Positions 20,600 through 35,190 of a stretch of 64,000 nt of DNA are shown in pieces. A program made the translations under genes and the position numbers. The first letter of the stretch is position 1; every line of letters starts with the position of its first letter. Under the pieces are notes generated by a model that was not told the origin of the DNA, made no database searches, and worked only from the letters and a program-made list of their open reading frames with translations. Source of the stretch: the human T2T-CHM13v2.0 reference genome, Homo sapiens; the NCBI RefSeq assembly GCF_009914755.1, contig NC_060928.1; one strand, given 5' to 3'.

Positions 20600-20900
20600 A
20601 CCTTAGCTTCAAATTCTAGGTCTGAAATATTTGACTTACAACCTCAAATAAGTTACTAAATGTCTATTAGCAAGTTTTTTGTTTCATCAGTAAAATAGGA
20701 ATAATATTTATTCTATATGGTTGTTCTAGAATTTTATAATATATATAAACTCTAGTGTAGTGACTGGCATGATAATTTTTACTTAAACTTCATTTTTGTC
20801 CAATAGATCTTTCTGTGATTAAACTGTTTTATATCTGTACTATATAATATGGCAGCAGCTAACAATATGTGGGTATTAAACAATTAAAATGTAACTACAT
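20600..20900 (+). mobile_element. MIR remnant followed by a MER3-like hAT fragment (about 20797-20900)
   Basis: MIR core (TTTCATCAGTAAAATAGGAATAAT); TGTCCAATAGATCTTTCTGTGAT...TATATCTG resembles the MER3 start. Confidence 0.5.
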
Positions 20901-21146
20901 TGCAAGACTTTAAATACATGTAGAATTTTATATATGCAATGATAGCACAAAAAGGCAGTTTTAAAATTTAAGTGTTCTAAAGTCATTAAATTTTTCAGTA
21001 TGTGGTAAAAGTACTAATATATATTGAGCTTTGATAAATCAAAATGCATTTTGATTTTTAGGTAATAACTACCAAGGGATAAGTAAAAGGAGGTTTGACT
21101 TACAAATTAATGGAGGCAATGAAACTTAAAAGTCACTATTATGGAA

Positions 21147-21266
21147 GGGTGAGGCCAGAGGATCACTTGAGCCCAAGAGTTTGGGGTTACTTTGAGCCAT
21201 GATTGCACCGTTTTACTCCAGCCTAGATGACAGAGTGAGACCCTGCCTCAAAAAATAATAAATAAA
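21147..21266 (+). mobile_element. AluJ right arm / FRAM monomer
   Basis: GAGGATCACTTGAGCCCAAGAG...CTCCAGCCTAGATGACAGAGTGAGACCCTG plus A tail. Confidence 0.85.
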
Positions 21267-21429
21267 CAGTAACATTTTAAAAAATTCATTAATGAACTAA
21301 AGATAAGAAAAAAAACAAACAACAAAAAACCAGCAGGGAAAAAAAAAGCAAAGAATAAATACATCAGTATGTAAATTAAATGTAAATGAATTCATTATAC
21401 CAATTAAAAGACAAAGATTATCTGACCAA

Positions 21430-22000
21430 CTGGAGACTTCTCAAAGAACTTAAAATAGAACTACCATTTGACCCAGCAATCGTATCACTAGATACATATC
21501 CAAAGGAAAATAAATCATTCTACAAAAAAGACACATGCAGTCAGATGTTCTTCAGAGCACTACTCACAATAACAGACATGGAATTAACCTCGGTGCTCAT
21601 CAAGGGTGGATTGAATCAAGAAAAGTAAAGTGGCACATACCCAACATGGAATATGATGCAGTCATAAGAAACAACGAAATCCTGTCTTTTGCAGCAACAA
21701 GAAAGCAGCAGAAACAATCATCCTAAGTGAATTAACACAGGAACAGAAAACCAAATACTGCATGTTCTCACTTATAAATGGGACCTAAACACTGGGTAAA
21801 CACGGACATAAATATGGTAAAAATGGTCACTGGGAACTACTAGAGGGAGGGGGGCAAGAGCTGAAAAACTGCCTATTAAGTACTATGCTCACTACATGGG
21901 TGATGGAATCATTTGTACCCCAAACCTCAGTGTCATGCAGTAAATTCATGTAATAAATTTGTACATGTATCTCCTGAATCTAAAATAAAAATTGAAATTA
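21430..22000 (+). mobile_element. L1PB-type 3' end (ORF2 C-terminus and 3'UTR), nested in older L1M remnants (about 20920-22960 and 23440-23700)
   Basis: Peptide WRLLKELKIELPFDPAI..L..YPKE.KSFY.KDTC; 3'UTR CCCCAAACCTCAG...GAATCTAAAATAAAA. Confidence 0.85.
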
Positions 22001-23009
22001 TGTATATTTTTAAAATACTTAAATGAGCAAAAACAGTCTTGAAAACAAAAACATTTGGAGATTTCCCGACCTGATTTCAAGCCTTCCTACAGTTTCATAA
22101 AAATTAAGACAGTGTAATACCAATGTAAATATATTGATCACAGAAGCAAGTAAAGTACAGAAATAATTGAGTCTCAACGACGGCATCAAAGTAATCCAAT
22201 GGGGTAAAAAAAATTTTTTAACAAATAGTGCTAAAAAAGTTTGATACTTAGTCTTTTATTTAAAAAAAAGATATTTGGCTCCTTATTCCATGCACAAAAT
22301 ATTAATTTGAGACAAATGATATGCCAAAAGATAATCACTAAAGCCATAAATGCTCTAGAAGAAAACTTAGGACACTATCTTTCTTACTTTAAATTGTCAC
22401 AGATTTTTTTAGGCAGAATACACAGAAATACTAACAACAAAATATTGATAATTTAGACTTCATTAAAATATAAACGTCTGTGTTTTAAAAAAATCACTAG
22501 AAAGTTAATGGCAAGATAGTCTGTTGAAAATATTCACAATATACTAGATTTGACAAAAGACTCATGCCCAGAATATAAAAATAACCTATTTAACTGTAAA
22601 GACAATATAATAAAAATAGTCAAAATTCAAAAACAGAAGATTAAAACTGGAAAAAAAGCATATTTAAATATGTTGAACATCATTGATCAGTGGGTAAATG
22701 CAAATCAGTACCACCATGAGATATCTCTTCATTTCCTCTAGAAATAAAATTTAAAAGAATGACAGCACAAAATTGTTGGTAAGGATATGAAGGAGCTAGA
22801 ACTCTCATACATTGCTTATTGTAGATCTATTTGACCCAACAATTCTCACCCAAAGAACTGAAAACCCATGCCCACAATATTCTTATACACATGTTCATAG
22901 CATCTTTATTCATGATAGTCCCAAATTGAAACAACCCAAATGTCTACCACCAGGAATATAAACATCACTAATATGATATTAAACAAAAATAGAAAAACAT
23001 GAAGATAAA

Positions 23010-23440
23010 TTTTGTGTAGCAACAAATAATTTGTTGAGAGTAACAGCTGGAAAAGGAAAAGAGAGGAAGCAGGATTGAGCAAAGGGAGTCCTCAGCGGAT
23101 GATACAAATCTGACTAAGCTTTGACCAACCCCGTGGGGCGCTCTAGAGCAAAGACTGGCAATTAGTGCAACCCAGTTTTGAGTAGAAATCACTTGGCCCT
23201 TGTACCACAAGCTTCTTCAGTAATTGACTGAAGGATAGTCCAAGAAAACTATGTCCTTAAGCTACTGCCACCTGACTTAGTCATTGTCTAGGGATTGCCA
23301 AATATAGTGTGGCCTAGACTGAAAAGCCGAGACAGGCGATGCAGAAGCTCACAACTAGAGGCTGGCAGCTAACCACATTCCTTGCAGCTGGCATGGAGCT
23401 CTTTCTGGAAGTGGTATTTAAGCAACACATCTCCATGATT
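23010..23440 (-). mobile_element. Old ERVL solo LTR (LTR16-like)
   Basis: GAGGAAGCAGGATTGAGCA...CCAACCCCGTGGGGCGCTCTAGAGC resembles the LTR16 family; GC-richer island inside L1. Confidence 0.5.
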
Positions 23441-24092
23441 TTCACCCTGTAAGGCTTAAATTACGTAAATTTCAAAACTACCCTATGGTATGAGTTGTCA
23501 TGATGGTGGTTATCTTCAGGGAACAGAAAGACATTAGTGGTAGAAAGGGTCATGAGAGTGGTTTCTGTGGTGCCAGTAATCTTCTATTTCTTAACCAAAG
23601 TGTAAGTTATGTAGGTGTGTTTATTTTATAATATTTCATCAGGCTATATACTTATGGTTTGTGTACCTTTTGTTTGTATGTTTATTTAATTAAAAGAAGA
23701 ATAATTTCAGTAATTCCACTAAGGATATAAACCAGATGATGTTTTGAAGAATAAGTGAATAGTGAAAAAAATTAGAAGATTTTATAAAAATTTGAATTTT
23801 ACATGTATATGTGTGTACATATATACACACACACTATTTTTAAAAAAGCATGACAGAAAACAAATTTTGCTGTACTGTAATGAAAGACAAGATGCTCTTG
23901 AAAATATAAGTGATTATAATATCTAGATACTTATTAAAGTGTCAGAAATAAATCTAATGAGGTAAGTTTATAATCTACTAAAATTTGTAATTTAATGAAC
24001 TTCAAAATACAGAAATAGTCTATAAAATCTAAACTTTTCATTCTTATACTATATTCATCTTTTCTTAACAAATTTTATTTTTCTTACTCAAA

Positions 24093-24250
24093 TTATTTTT
24101 ATTATTATTATACTTTAAGTTCTAGGGTACATGTGCACAACATGCAGGTTTGTTACATATGTATCCATGTGCCATGTTGGTGTGCTGCACCCATTAACTT
24201 GTCATTTACATTAGGTATATCTCCTAATGCTATCCCTCCCACCCCCGCCA
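24093..24250 (-). mobile_element. L1PA 3' terminal fragment (about 150 bp)
   Basis: TTATACTTTAAGTTCTAGGGTACATGTGCACAAC...CCTAATGCTATCCCTCCC. Confidence 0.95.
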
Positions 24251-24439
24251 AAGCCAATATAAATGAGATCTTACTAAGTGTGGCTACAGAGTAAATTTGT
24301 TGACCTGAATTAAATCCATCCAAAATTGAATGACAACAGAAAAATTTCATCTATATAATTTATCCTGTATTTAGGAGCCATAATATGCAAACACTTATTT
24401 GTTTATTATTTCTAACACACATGTAATATACAGACAAAT

Positions 24440-25290
24440 ATATTTTTTATAAAGCCACCATATGTTAAACACTACTATATACTAGCGGGAAGAGATGACT
24501 AAAACACAGTTCTTATCATCAAGGAACTAAAATTTCAACAGAGAAAAATACACTCATATGATTAATTGTAATATAATGTGAGTGCTATACTAGTAATAAA
24601 AAAGAAGATGCAGGAACACAGAGAACGCAGGGATCACATTCTTTCTTTAATGGCAGAGGAAAGGCTCTGCTGCTAGATGCTCCAGAGAAGTGTTGTGTAA
24701 AGTATTAAGAGTTCACCAAGCAGAGGCAGGGAAAGAGGCAAGGAAAGGCAGTCAAGAAGAAAACAAAATTGCAGACTGATGAAATCTTGTGATATTCTGA
24801 GGATGGTTGAAGATTGTAAGGCAAGATAATTCAGCCCTGGTAGTAGAGGGAGAGTAAAGTAAAGGACTGGTAGACATAAGCTGGAAAGTGCAGATTGGGA
24901 ACATAATTAGAAGCATTAAGATAGATGAGAGAACACTAGATCAGGGATATAAAATAATCCTGAGAGGACAGAGGATGGGACCCTGGAGAACAGCAGCCTA
25001 TAAAGACAGAGAAGCCAGGGACAGGGACAGGGAGAGAAAAACAAATGAAGAAGGAGAACAAGTGATTAACCCAGAGTATTAACGCAAAAATTAAGGGAAG
25101 CAGACACTTCAACAAGAAGGTAACTAGAGGGTCAAATGTCATAAGTCAATCATGCAATGGGCTATGGGAAGTAGACCCTGGATTTGGCAGAAAAGAGGTG
25201 GTGCTAATAGACTGGGATGGGTAAGTCAGAATCAGTGGGTCTAGAAGTGAAGAGAGGTGAGAAAGTGGAGCCTCAAGTCTGTACTATTAG
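24440..25290 (-). mobile_element. L2 remnant
   Basis: Purine-rich + strand with an L2-like antisense 3' region (CACAGTTCTTATCATCAAGGAACT). Confidence 0.45.
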
Positions 25291-27221
25291 CTCTAGAACT
25301 GTTGTACTATTCTTTCTAAGAAAGAGAAAAAATGTATGAAGCGTTAGTTTGAAGGCAAAGAGAAGAGAAATACCTGTTTTTAAGACATAGAAAAGCAAAA
25401 GTATAGCTGTCTGAGTGGAGTATGCCTATAAAGAAGGAATAATTAATAATATAAGAAAGGATATAAGAGAGCTATATCCTGGCAAGAAATAGTCTTCTTA
25501 TTTTTTTTTCTTCTGGAATAGGATGCATGTAAAGAAGAATGAGCAAATAGATAGATAGATTTAGAAGGAGAGGGATTGACTTAACAAATAAACTTGGCTA
25601 AGGACTGTCTTGAGCCAAAGCAGAAAATACTACGCTAACATTTTGTAGGAACGGGTCTGCATCTAGAGTCTCAGGAACAACACATCCTGTAAACAAGTCA
25701 TTGCCAGAATATGACTGATTACCAGACCCAGATAACTTGTCTACAAATATCCTAGACTGACTTTGTTTTTCTTATACCGTGTCCCACATTTACTTTTTTC
25801 CTTTTTTCTGTCACTTCCTCCTTCTTATCCTCTAGACAAATAGCCCACTTTTGTTTTTCTAGAGCTGCCTCCTGGCCAGACGCTGCCCCAGCAGCACAGG
25901 GGCTCTTTCTTGAAGGGAGCTTTCTGGAAGGGGAGATTCCCCCCTCCCCAAACTCCCCGCTTCTTTACTACCCCTTCCTCCTTCCTGGACCATTTGCACA
26001 AGATCTGACAACTCATGTTGAGTCAGACTTAATAATGTTAATGGTAATAATAAAAACAATAAAAAGAGAATAATCACAACAGCCATGTTTGAAACTGTGA
26101 CACTGAGGCACAGAGAGTGCAAATAAGTTAACTTGCAGAGTCTCACAAACAGTAAGTGGTGATGAAAGTCACCAAGCCCAGTGCTTCTTATTCTAACAAC
26201 AACAAAAAATAAGTCATACTTTTACTGGGAACTCTTTAATCCCAGCAAGAATGGGTTGAGAGGCCAACTTGAGAAAAGTGTTCTAATGTTTTCAGATACC
26301 TTTCTCTGAGTAAAATTGAGCTAAGGGCTTTGGAGATTTCACCCTGGATTTTCAAAGGACCTCCAGTGGACTTGTGTTTTGAGAATCTGCAACTAAATCA
26401 TTTATGACTAATTCCCAATCAAACTGTTCTCCAAAGAAAATCAAGTGAAGGTAAGCTGCTCTCAACACTTTCAAATATGACTAAGCCCTTTATACCTTCT
26501 TCAGAAATCTACCTCCTTGTACACAGAGTTTGCTATCTTAACTCTTTAAATATGGAGCAGTGGGCAAGTGGGCAAATATAAGTGCAAATGAATTTTATTA
26601 CTAAAGATTTTCTCTGTAAAGTTCAACTGTGCCAGGGAAAGGCAACGTTTTTACTTTAATTTTTATTTTATTGTATTTTTAAATGTTGGGCATATGCTAT
26701 CACTGAGATAATTTAGAAATCTCAAACTAAAGGAGAACTGACAAAAATAGAATCTCCTCTATCAGGAAAAAATATGTAAATATATCTGAATAATTAGTTT
26801 TTAAATTGTAATATACACAGTTGTAGCTGCACTGGACATGCTCTATCAAACAAGTCCTGCTAATATTTCATTTTTATCAATGACTCATCTATGGATGATT
26901 AGTAAGATAATGCTGCCTTACACAAAATTTTGCACCACAACTTGCAAATATAATAACAACAACAATAATAATATCTAACACTTCAGACTCTACCTCCTCT
27001 TGTATGTTACTTGGATATTAAAAGGCTACATAAGAAGACAAATCTTTCTCAAGTTTTCTAGAGTTTCAAGAAGAAGGATTTAAAGACAAAATAACTTTAG
27101 GCAAGATAACTAGCTGATAACTTAATCAGATAACTCCTGTTCTGAAAGGCATATAATAAGTGGGTAAGTCTCCAATATTCTGTGTGTCCACATTGGCTCG
27201 TACTCCAAGTTCTGCCTAGAT

Positions 27222-27405
27222 CAATGGCCTTTAAACTCTACTTGTGTCAGTTTCACCTGGGAAGTTTGTTTGAAATTCAGCTTCTTTTACAATGTTCTAA
27301 AAATTTCTATGTCAATAAAATTAAAGTTGCACCCAGAAATCTGCATTTAAATCACATCTGGTGATTCTGTTACAGTTGGTTCAGAAAGAACACTTTGAAA
27401 AGCCT
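27222..27405. mobile_element. MER5-like hAT-Charlie MITE
   Basis: TCACCTGGGAAG...CCCAGAAATCTGCATTT...GGTGATTCTG...CACTTTGAAAA. Confidence 0.65.
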
Positions 27406-28389
27406 GTGTTTTGACGTCTACTCAGAAGTATTGGAATCAATGAAGAGTGGGACACTGAATCTGGATCCTCTCTAAGGAATCGTTTTCCAGAATACATCAA
27501 ATGTTACCTGCTTTGTAAACCTCTCCAATTCTCTCAATTCCCTCTGTCATCATTTAAGCACTGACCATCAGACCTTCCTGTACCTAGACAGCAGCTTTCT
27601 ATTGGATTCTCTGCCTCAGGCACTGCTCTCCTCCATTCAAACCTTCACAATCATTATCTCTAACGTGAAGACCATGCAGTCTCAGGAACCCAAGATGATT
27701 CATGACACTTCCAAAAAAAACAGAATTTTTTATGTATAATTATTCTTATCTGAAAAAAAAGAAATAAAGCCTTACTACTATTTAACATCTGGAATTAATA
27801 TAGGTAATTGTAATCAATCCCCAAGTCACTTATTTGAATTTTACATAAGTTACTAAAGATATCCTGAGGCAAGACTGGGAATTCAACAACAGGCAGTTAA
27901 CAACGCCAGCCACACTTGTCCATTTCATTTAGCATGCTGCATTTTACCACAATTGACCTATGCCTGGTTAAATGGACTTGCAATTTATGTCACTAAATTT
28001 TAGTCTTCAAAAAATTGAAAATTAGATTTTAAAATATCCCTACAATAAAAGTTTGAATTGACATCATTACTATACTATAAGTGAACAGTAGGAAAATATT
28101 AGAACCAAAAATTCTAAATCTGGCTTTTTCTTTGCTGTGTTACCAGATAATCACAACAATGGTCTAATCACATTTGACAAGAAATCATCAAAAATTTTGA
28201 AATTATGTTATTATTATTAACAATGAACCTTAGCGTAAATGCATGCAGTGTCTTGAGATATTGGCCAACAAAATGCAGCTATATAGATTATAAATAAATA
28301 AATATATTAAAACTAATTGGAGTTAGGTACTTAAAATTTCTTCCTGACAAAAATGAATTATCGACATGTTTCATCATTCATTCCACTGT

Positions 28390-28920
28390 TTGGTCTACGC
28401 TGCAATGAGAGTGACCTTGTAAAACACAAACGGATCATTTCGTGTTAAACTCTTCAGTGGTTTTCTGATATCTTTAAGACAGTTTTACAAGTTTTTCTAT
28501 TCCAGCACCTCATCTTGGGTTGCCCTCCAGACATACTGGACTTCAGCTCTGTGAGACTTCCTGGGCTCTCTCTACTCTGGGTTTCCACACACTGTCTCTT
28601 CTCTGCCTGTAACATTCTTTCAGTAACTCCTTTCCCTCTTTGCCTGGCTGCTTTCCTCTCAATGGATCCCTTCAGATTATTACATTTAAAAATTACTTTG
28701 GTGGACCTTTCCAACACATTTAGACCAAGTTCGCCACCACCACCTCCCCGCATCTGTCTTTTTAGAATATTCTGTGCTTTCAGTCTTAAAAAAAAATCAC
28801 ACTTTACTATAATTTACTAGTTCAATGTTTTATGTTCCCCAGTAGTCAGTATAAACTGAGGTCATGAGCTAGGACTCTTGCTCATTCCTGTATTGCCGCC
28901 ACTGTCTAGCATACTGCCTA
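28390..28920 (+). mobile_element. L2 remnant
   Basis: L2-like GAGTGACCTTGTAAAACACAAAC...CTCTGCCTGTAAC segments and tail. Confidence 0.5.
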
Positions 28921-29824
28921 ATTTTTTTGTTTAATTTTTAAAAGAAGAAGACAGTTTTAGAATGGCATTTAGGAAAATACAGGCAAAAGCAAATATCATA
29001 TGTCTTCAATTATCTCCCTAAAAACTTAGGTCATGAGGAAGTGGAACAGAAGTGCCTATGGTTTAAATGGGGCCAATAATCTGGGGTACTCAGTAGAGTA
29101 ACTCATAAGAGTAAGTCAGTAGTTCACTTATGGCTGGCAGAAAGTATATAAAGGTCTAATGCTTTGGGGAAACTTTGAGAATTTTAGGTTGTGCACAATT
29201 ATTTTTTTCTTTAAATGGCTCTTATAAAACAAATTGCAAGACAAACACAATCACACTGAATTCCCAATAGAAAATGAAAGTGCTTCGGCAAAGGTAATAG
29301 GTTGTTGTCATTTTGCCAATAAATATATTGACATTCTGACTTTCATTCGACCTTTCAAACATGCTATATAAAAAGCTACATGTTTGAGGATGAGCCAAAT
29401 GCTTTTAAAAGAAGGAAATAGTGCCAACAATAAAGTCTCTGTGACTGAGCACTTGCAGAAGGAATTAAAGGGAGACAAGCAAGGACATTCCCTTAAGCAA
29501 GGCACCTAAAGAAGTTTCTCTGTTTCCACAACCAACCATGATGCTTAAAAAATTCAACTAAAATGTTTTAATCCTTGTAGTAAGGTTTGTACTGGTGTAT
29601 TATCATTAAGAAATAAGAAATACTGAAAAAAAGAAAACAGATATTGTTGACTATTACCTTTCCTTCATAGTAAAATAATCTACTCAACAGAACGGGTGTT
29701 AGTAAAGAGAAAACACAAATTGTATAGTGAAGAAGCTTTAAAAAAATTAGGCTACCTTGTCCAGACATTTTCTTTCACTTACACCTATTAATCACTGTCT
29801 ACAGGTACTGATGACTTTTTTAAA

Positions 29825-29950
29825 AATCATTTTTAATTTATTTGTTATTTATATACAATAGTTGTACACATTTTGGGGGTACATGTAATATTTTGATACC
29901 TGTATATAAGTATAATGATTAATTCAGAGTAATTGGGATATCTGTAATTA
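29825..29950 (-). mobile_element. L1MA 3' end fragment
   Basis: TTGTACACATTTTGGGGGTACATGTAATATTTTGATAC...AATTGGGATATC. Confidence 0.75.
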
Positions 29951-32817
29951 AATATGTTACATTCATCATCTGGGTATTTCTTATTGACAGTGTTTGCATT
30001 TGACATTCATTTTGTGTGAATTATTACCTAGGCATGTGATGTAGTAAAATTCTACTTATATAGATATTTTAATGTAACAGCTATAATGGCAGATATATTA
30101 AAAAAATGATTTATATAGTAATCATGTAAATGTTCAATCATGAATATAACGAGTCATGATTTTTTTGCAATTTTGTTTTATAATATGCCTTTATTAACTT
30201 TGATGTATTTGAGGCATAGATCCTAAAAGGTTGCTGTGACAAATTAAGTTTATGCTAAAGATTTAGTACTTAGTCTTTGTTTTTTCTCTTTTCTTCTTTT
30301 TTTTAACAAAATTGCTGCTTGGAATAATGTGTTTTATTTTGAGAATGATGCTGTTTAATTTTGTACCCTAAGAAATGTTTGAGTAAATTAACTGTTCTGT
30401 TCATGAATTATCTGTGGCCTCTACCATCACTTCTCATAAAAGAATGTCAAATAGAAATCAAGCTATGTAACCCCACTGGTGATCACTGTGATACAAGAGG
30501 TGGCAGTACTAAAACAAAAAATACTTGTATATTTCTCATTCTGTCATTTTATTCTTCAACTTTTCATCATGAACACTGAAAACCTCAGTGAGAGATTTAT
30601 ATTAGTCGAGCCTTAATCCCAAATAGCTATATAGTACTTTAGATTTACAAGGCATTTTGTCTCAGCATCTTTAAACACTTTAAATCTTACTGATATAATT
30701 TAAATATCTTTAGTTGACACTGGTAAGACAATTAAGAGATGTAGAATAAGTATAACTATGTGTCATATCTAAGAGATAGCATTCATAAAAACAGAGAAGA
30801 ACTTGCATGAGTGAAGACATGCAGAAAGGAGCTGATGTTTTGATTTTCACTTTGAAAAGGAGAAAGTGCACTAAAGGATATTCTTACTGCTAATGGTCAA
30901 TTCTTTCTACAACTGTGATTTATTTTACTGGAAGCTGGAACAGGTGTGGTCTATCTTTGCCAAAGTCTTCCAGAAATTCATACCTGCCCCAGGTTTCAGG
31001 TTTCAGATGTGTTTGGTGAGATTGTTGAATAGCATGCAACCCAAGAACTTCTATCTTATTACACAGACAGAATACCGACTTACTGTGAAAACTTTTATCT
31101 GCAAATCCAGTTTTGCACTTCGAATATGGAAAAACTGAACTTACATAATTTGAAGGATGTTGGTAAGTTTGTCTTAAGAAAAATGTCTTCTTTGAAAAAG
31201 TTTTAACAAAAAGGAAGTTGAAGTTTATGCATATACATAAACTGAATTCACTTTCTTTAATTTCTCAAAATAAATGTCAGTGCTGGCCAAAAAACAAACA
31301 CGGTACTTTTCATAACTTGCAATAGTTATTATAAAAGTTAACGGTAGGAAAATCAGGAGGTCCAAAGGAAAGTGTTATTTTGCTGCTTGGACTACACCAT
31401 TTCTGCCATAAACTCTATGAAAAATAAATGTAAGTAGGGCAAAGGGAAAAAATGAAGAGTTTCCATACTCCAATCAAATATAGGGCTTTCACCTTAGGTC
31501 AAATACCATTTACTGAAAATAGCTGACTTTATAAAAGAAGGCTTATAATTGCCTTATTTCCCTTGAAAAATATACAGCATTTTGCCAAGCAGGTGCATTT
31601 GTGTTGCCATTAGTGTGGCCAGTTCATTTGGTGGTGCTGTTGAATGTCATGTGCACCACTTAGGAGTGATCACGTTTTTAAGATGGCAGAAAAGTAATTG
31701 CAACAGATCGGTTTGCTGACCCTGACTGCTATAAATGGCTACATAAAATGAGAATAGGTAGATCAACACAGCTCAAGTTCTGAAGTGAAATTTTATCTCA
31801 TTTCTGGCACCGCAAATACTAACCTGATTCTTATCTGTCTAAGAAAAAACATTCCTCCGTAACAGGCTGGCAATAACTCTTTACGATTTCCACATACCTC
31901 TTAAAAATTATGAAAGACCCATTGTATTAAAACCTGGGATAAACAGGATATTTAAAGCCTGTTAGTGTGATCAAGTTCATCTGTAAATTTCACTTTGTTT
32001 TAGAGATCTCTGAAGAAAAAAAAAATTATTCAATACTCTTTACATTTTTCAAATTTCCCACTCCCCTTGGGAAGACAAAACCATGAAATAAGAAAAAGAA
32101 AATGAAGAGAATATTATTAAAGCACACACAGTCTATTGTTGTAAATTAATGAGTCCTAGACCAGGAGTCTTGAGATTTTGTTTTCAGTCCTTTTTGTGCC
32201 ACAAGTGAACCATGTGTCCTTGGCTATTTGTCCTTGGGGAAGATACATGGCTTCTCTTGTGCTTCCATTGACCAAATGACCTCTGAGTCCCATTTTAGTC
32301 CTAAACCCCCTTGGAAATATGTTTAAAATTTTCTTTGATTTTTAGTTATCTTAATTTTAGAAATCCTAAATATTTATATGTCTACATTCATTCTAATTTC
32401 AGAAGAAAAATAGGCACTGTATATAGTAGATATATTGTGATCTTTGAGTTATAACACTCTGCCATTCGATGATAATCCCTGAACCAGTTACTTATCTTCT
32501 CAAAGCATGTTCCTCAGTTGAAAAATAGCTACGATATTCCATTGCCTCTATATTGAGGCAATATTTATAGAATTTCAAGAGATAAACTAAGAACCTATTT
32601 TATAATTTACATAAGGAGTAATAATAATAAAACAGACACTTTTGAACCAACCATCAACTTCAGAAATTGAACATTTCCAAAGCCTGTAAATTTTTTTGGG
32701 CCCTTCAATAATTACAGATCTTTTCCCCCTGTAAAATGGTAACCATGACTATGAATTTTTTTGTTGATAAGTTTTTGCATTTTGTTATTTTCTTGCTAAA
32801 TATATGTACCTATAAAC

Positions 32818-33146
<329 letters not shown>

Positions 33147-34019
33147 TAAACAATATATTTTTAAAAGTTTTGGATATATGGGGAATTTATATATTATTAA
33201 TTTATATATTATATTATATTATTATATTATAATACTGGTATTATACCAAATATATCCCTCTGCAGCTTGTTTTAATCACCCTACATTGTCTTTGAGATTT
33301 ACTTTTGCTGATGTAACACTATAATAATAGTAGTAATAATAATAATAATAATAATTCTATCTCTTGTGTATAGATATTCAAGTTTTGCTCAGTTTGGGGC
33401 CTTTATAAACTGTGTTAAAGAATTTTGTATATGCTTCCAGGTCCACACCTATAAGAGTTTCTCTATGGATATACCTAGGAGTGGAACTGCTGGGCCATTG
33501 AGAATGCTCATTTTTGGCTTTGCAAGATACAAGTTAGTTTTTCAAAGTAGGCACATAAGAAAACATTCCCAACAGACTCTGGTGGAAAAAAAATATATAT
33601 ATACACATATATTTGCTTAAAAAATGAATTATTTGTATTCAAAAGGAGAAGAAACTTTCTTCTGGCATTTTTGGAGGTAATCCTTGATTAATTTTTAAAA
33701 TTTCTTTTATGACATTACTTAATTATACGTTTTGTTTGTTTTTACTTCTTGAGAAAATTTTAGGTGTATATAGTGACAAGGAAAACCATCAATTTTATCT
33801 AATTAGAACTCTTTAGAATAGAGATGAAATCAAATTCTTTTGTACTAATCTAATAATCCTGATTATTTGTAATAAAGCTGTGCTTACAGCACAATGAATC
33901 ATGTATAAGTGGCAAGTAATGATGGGCGGGAGAAGGCAGAGGATTCACTCCTCTCTTCTCACTCCATACTCTATAAGCAGGCAATCTAGAGTTTTTAACT
34001 CCAACCACGGCCCTTATAG

Positions 34020-35190
34020 ATGAGTTCATATACTGCCTAGTAGACATCCGCACATGGAGGACATGAAGGCATCTGAAGATCAAAATAAACGAAAGTGCCT
34101 TTACCATCTTTCCTCCAATTTTAGGCCTTCTTTGTCCCCTCTCTCTCCCAGCTTACTAAACCTAAAACCTGGGAGCCACCCTTGACTTCTCCTTCCATAT
34201 TGTAAAGCCAATCAATTGCAAAATCCTCTTGATTTTGTCTAAATGCAGCCCACTTTCTCCATCTCCACTGACATGACATTAATGATCTCCAACACTTGCC
34301 AGGCACTGTGGAAGTAAGTGCTTTATATAGATTATTTTTCTGAATACTTATACCAACATCATCAGGGGGTTATAATGGCTGTCCCGAGGATGTATATTGG
34401 AGGATATATATTGGAAAACAGGGTGAGGAAAGATAAACAATCACACAACTAACAGATAACAGGGCTGATTATGAAATCTCACTCCAAATGTTTTAACTAC
34501 CTTGTGACAAAATACCTCAAACTCTTACCTTGTTACTAGTTCCTTGCTCTACTTCTGTCTCCCTCCAAATTTTTCTCTGGCCTTGAACCAGAAGATTTTT
34601 TAAAGTGTAAAATCTTATCTTTTTAATTCTTTAATTATTTTAATTCTCTTTAATTCTTATCTTTAATTCTTGGACACAGGGGTGTCCCATCTTTTGGCTT
34701 CCCTGGGCTGCGTTGGAAGAAGAATTGTCTTGGGCCGCACATGAAATATACTAACACTGATAATAGCTAATGAGCTTTTTAAAAACCACAAAAAAATCTC
34801 ATAAAGTTTTAAGAGAATTTACAAATTTGTGTTGGGCCACATTCAAAGCCATCCTGTGCCACATTGGCCTATGGGCTACAGGTTGGACAAGCTTGGCTTA
34901 AAACCTTTCAATAGCTTCTCATTTGTCTTATTCTCATTTTCTTATTCTGTTTTCTTTTCTAATTCATTTTTCTTATTCTATTCTAAAAATCATTAGCAGA
35001 GTCTAAAAGTTGCCACCTATTTCTCTTCTCACTCTGAGTAGATATGCCCCTTTCTGTCACAGATTCTTTGCTTTTCCCCTTTAAATAAAACCTCCTTCCC
35101 TAAATAAGAGCAACTAATTATAAATCTTTTTTTTAATTCTTCAAATTTCACTAAAAAATCAGTTCTCCAAGAAAGCCTTTCTAACTCAAT
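34020..35190 (+). mobile_element. L2 remnant, split by a MIR (about 34300-34500) and by MER30
   Basis: CCTAAAACCTGGGAGCCACCCTTGACTTCTCC, CCACTTTCTCCATCTCCACTG and GCTTAAAACCTTTCAATAGCTT are typical of L2. Confidence 0.6.
34677..34895 (+). mobile_element. MER30 (hAT-Charlie) DNA transposon
   Basis: CAGGGGTGTCC..TCTTTTGGCTTCCCTGGG...GGTTGGACAAGCTTG termini. Confidence 0.9.

Noticed and set aside
27376-27770. Possible exon after TTCTGTTACAG within MER5, with AATAAA near 27763
   Set aside because: Weak pyrimidine tract and no corroborating signal; not supportable from sequence alone.
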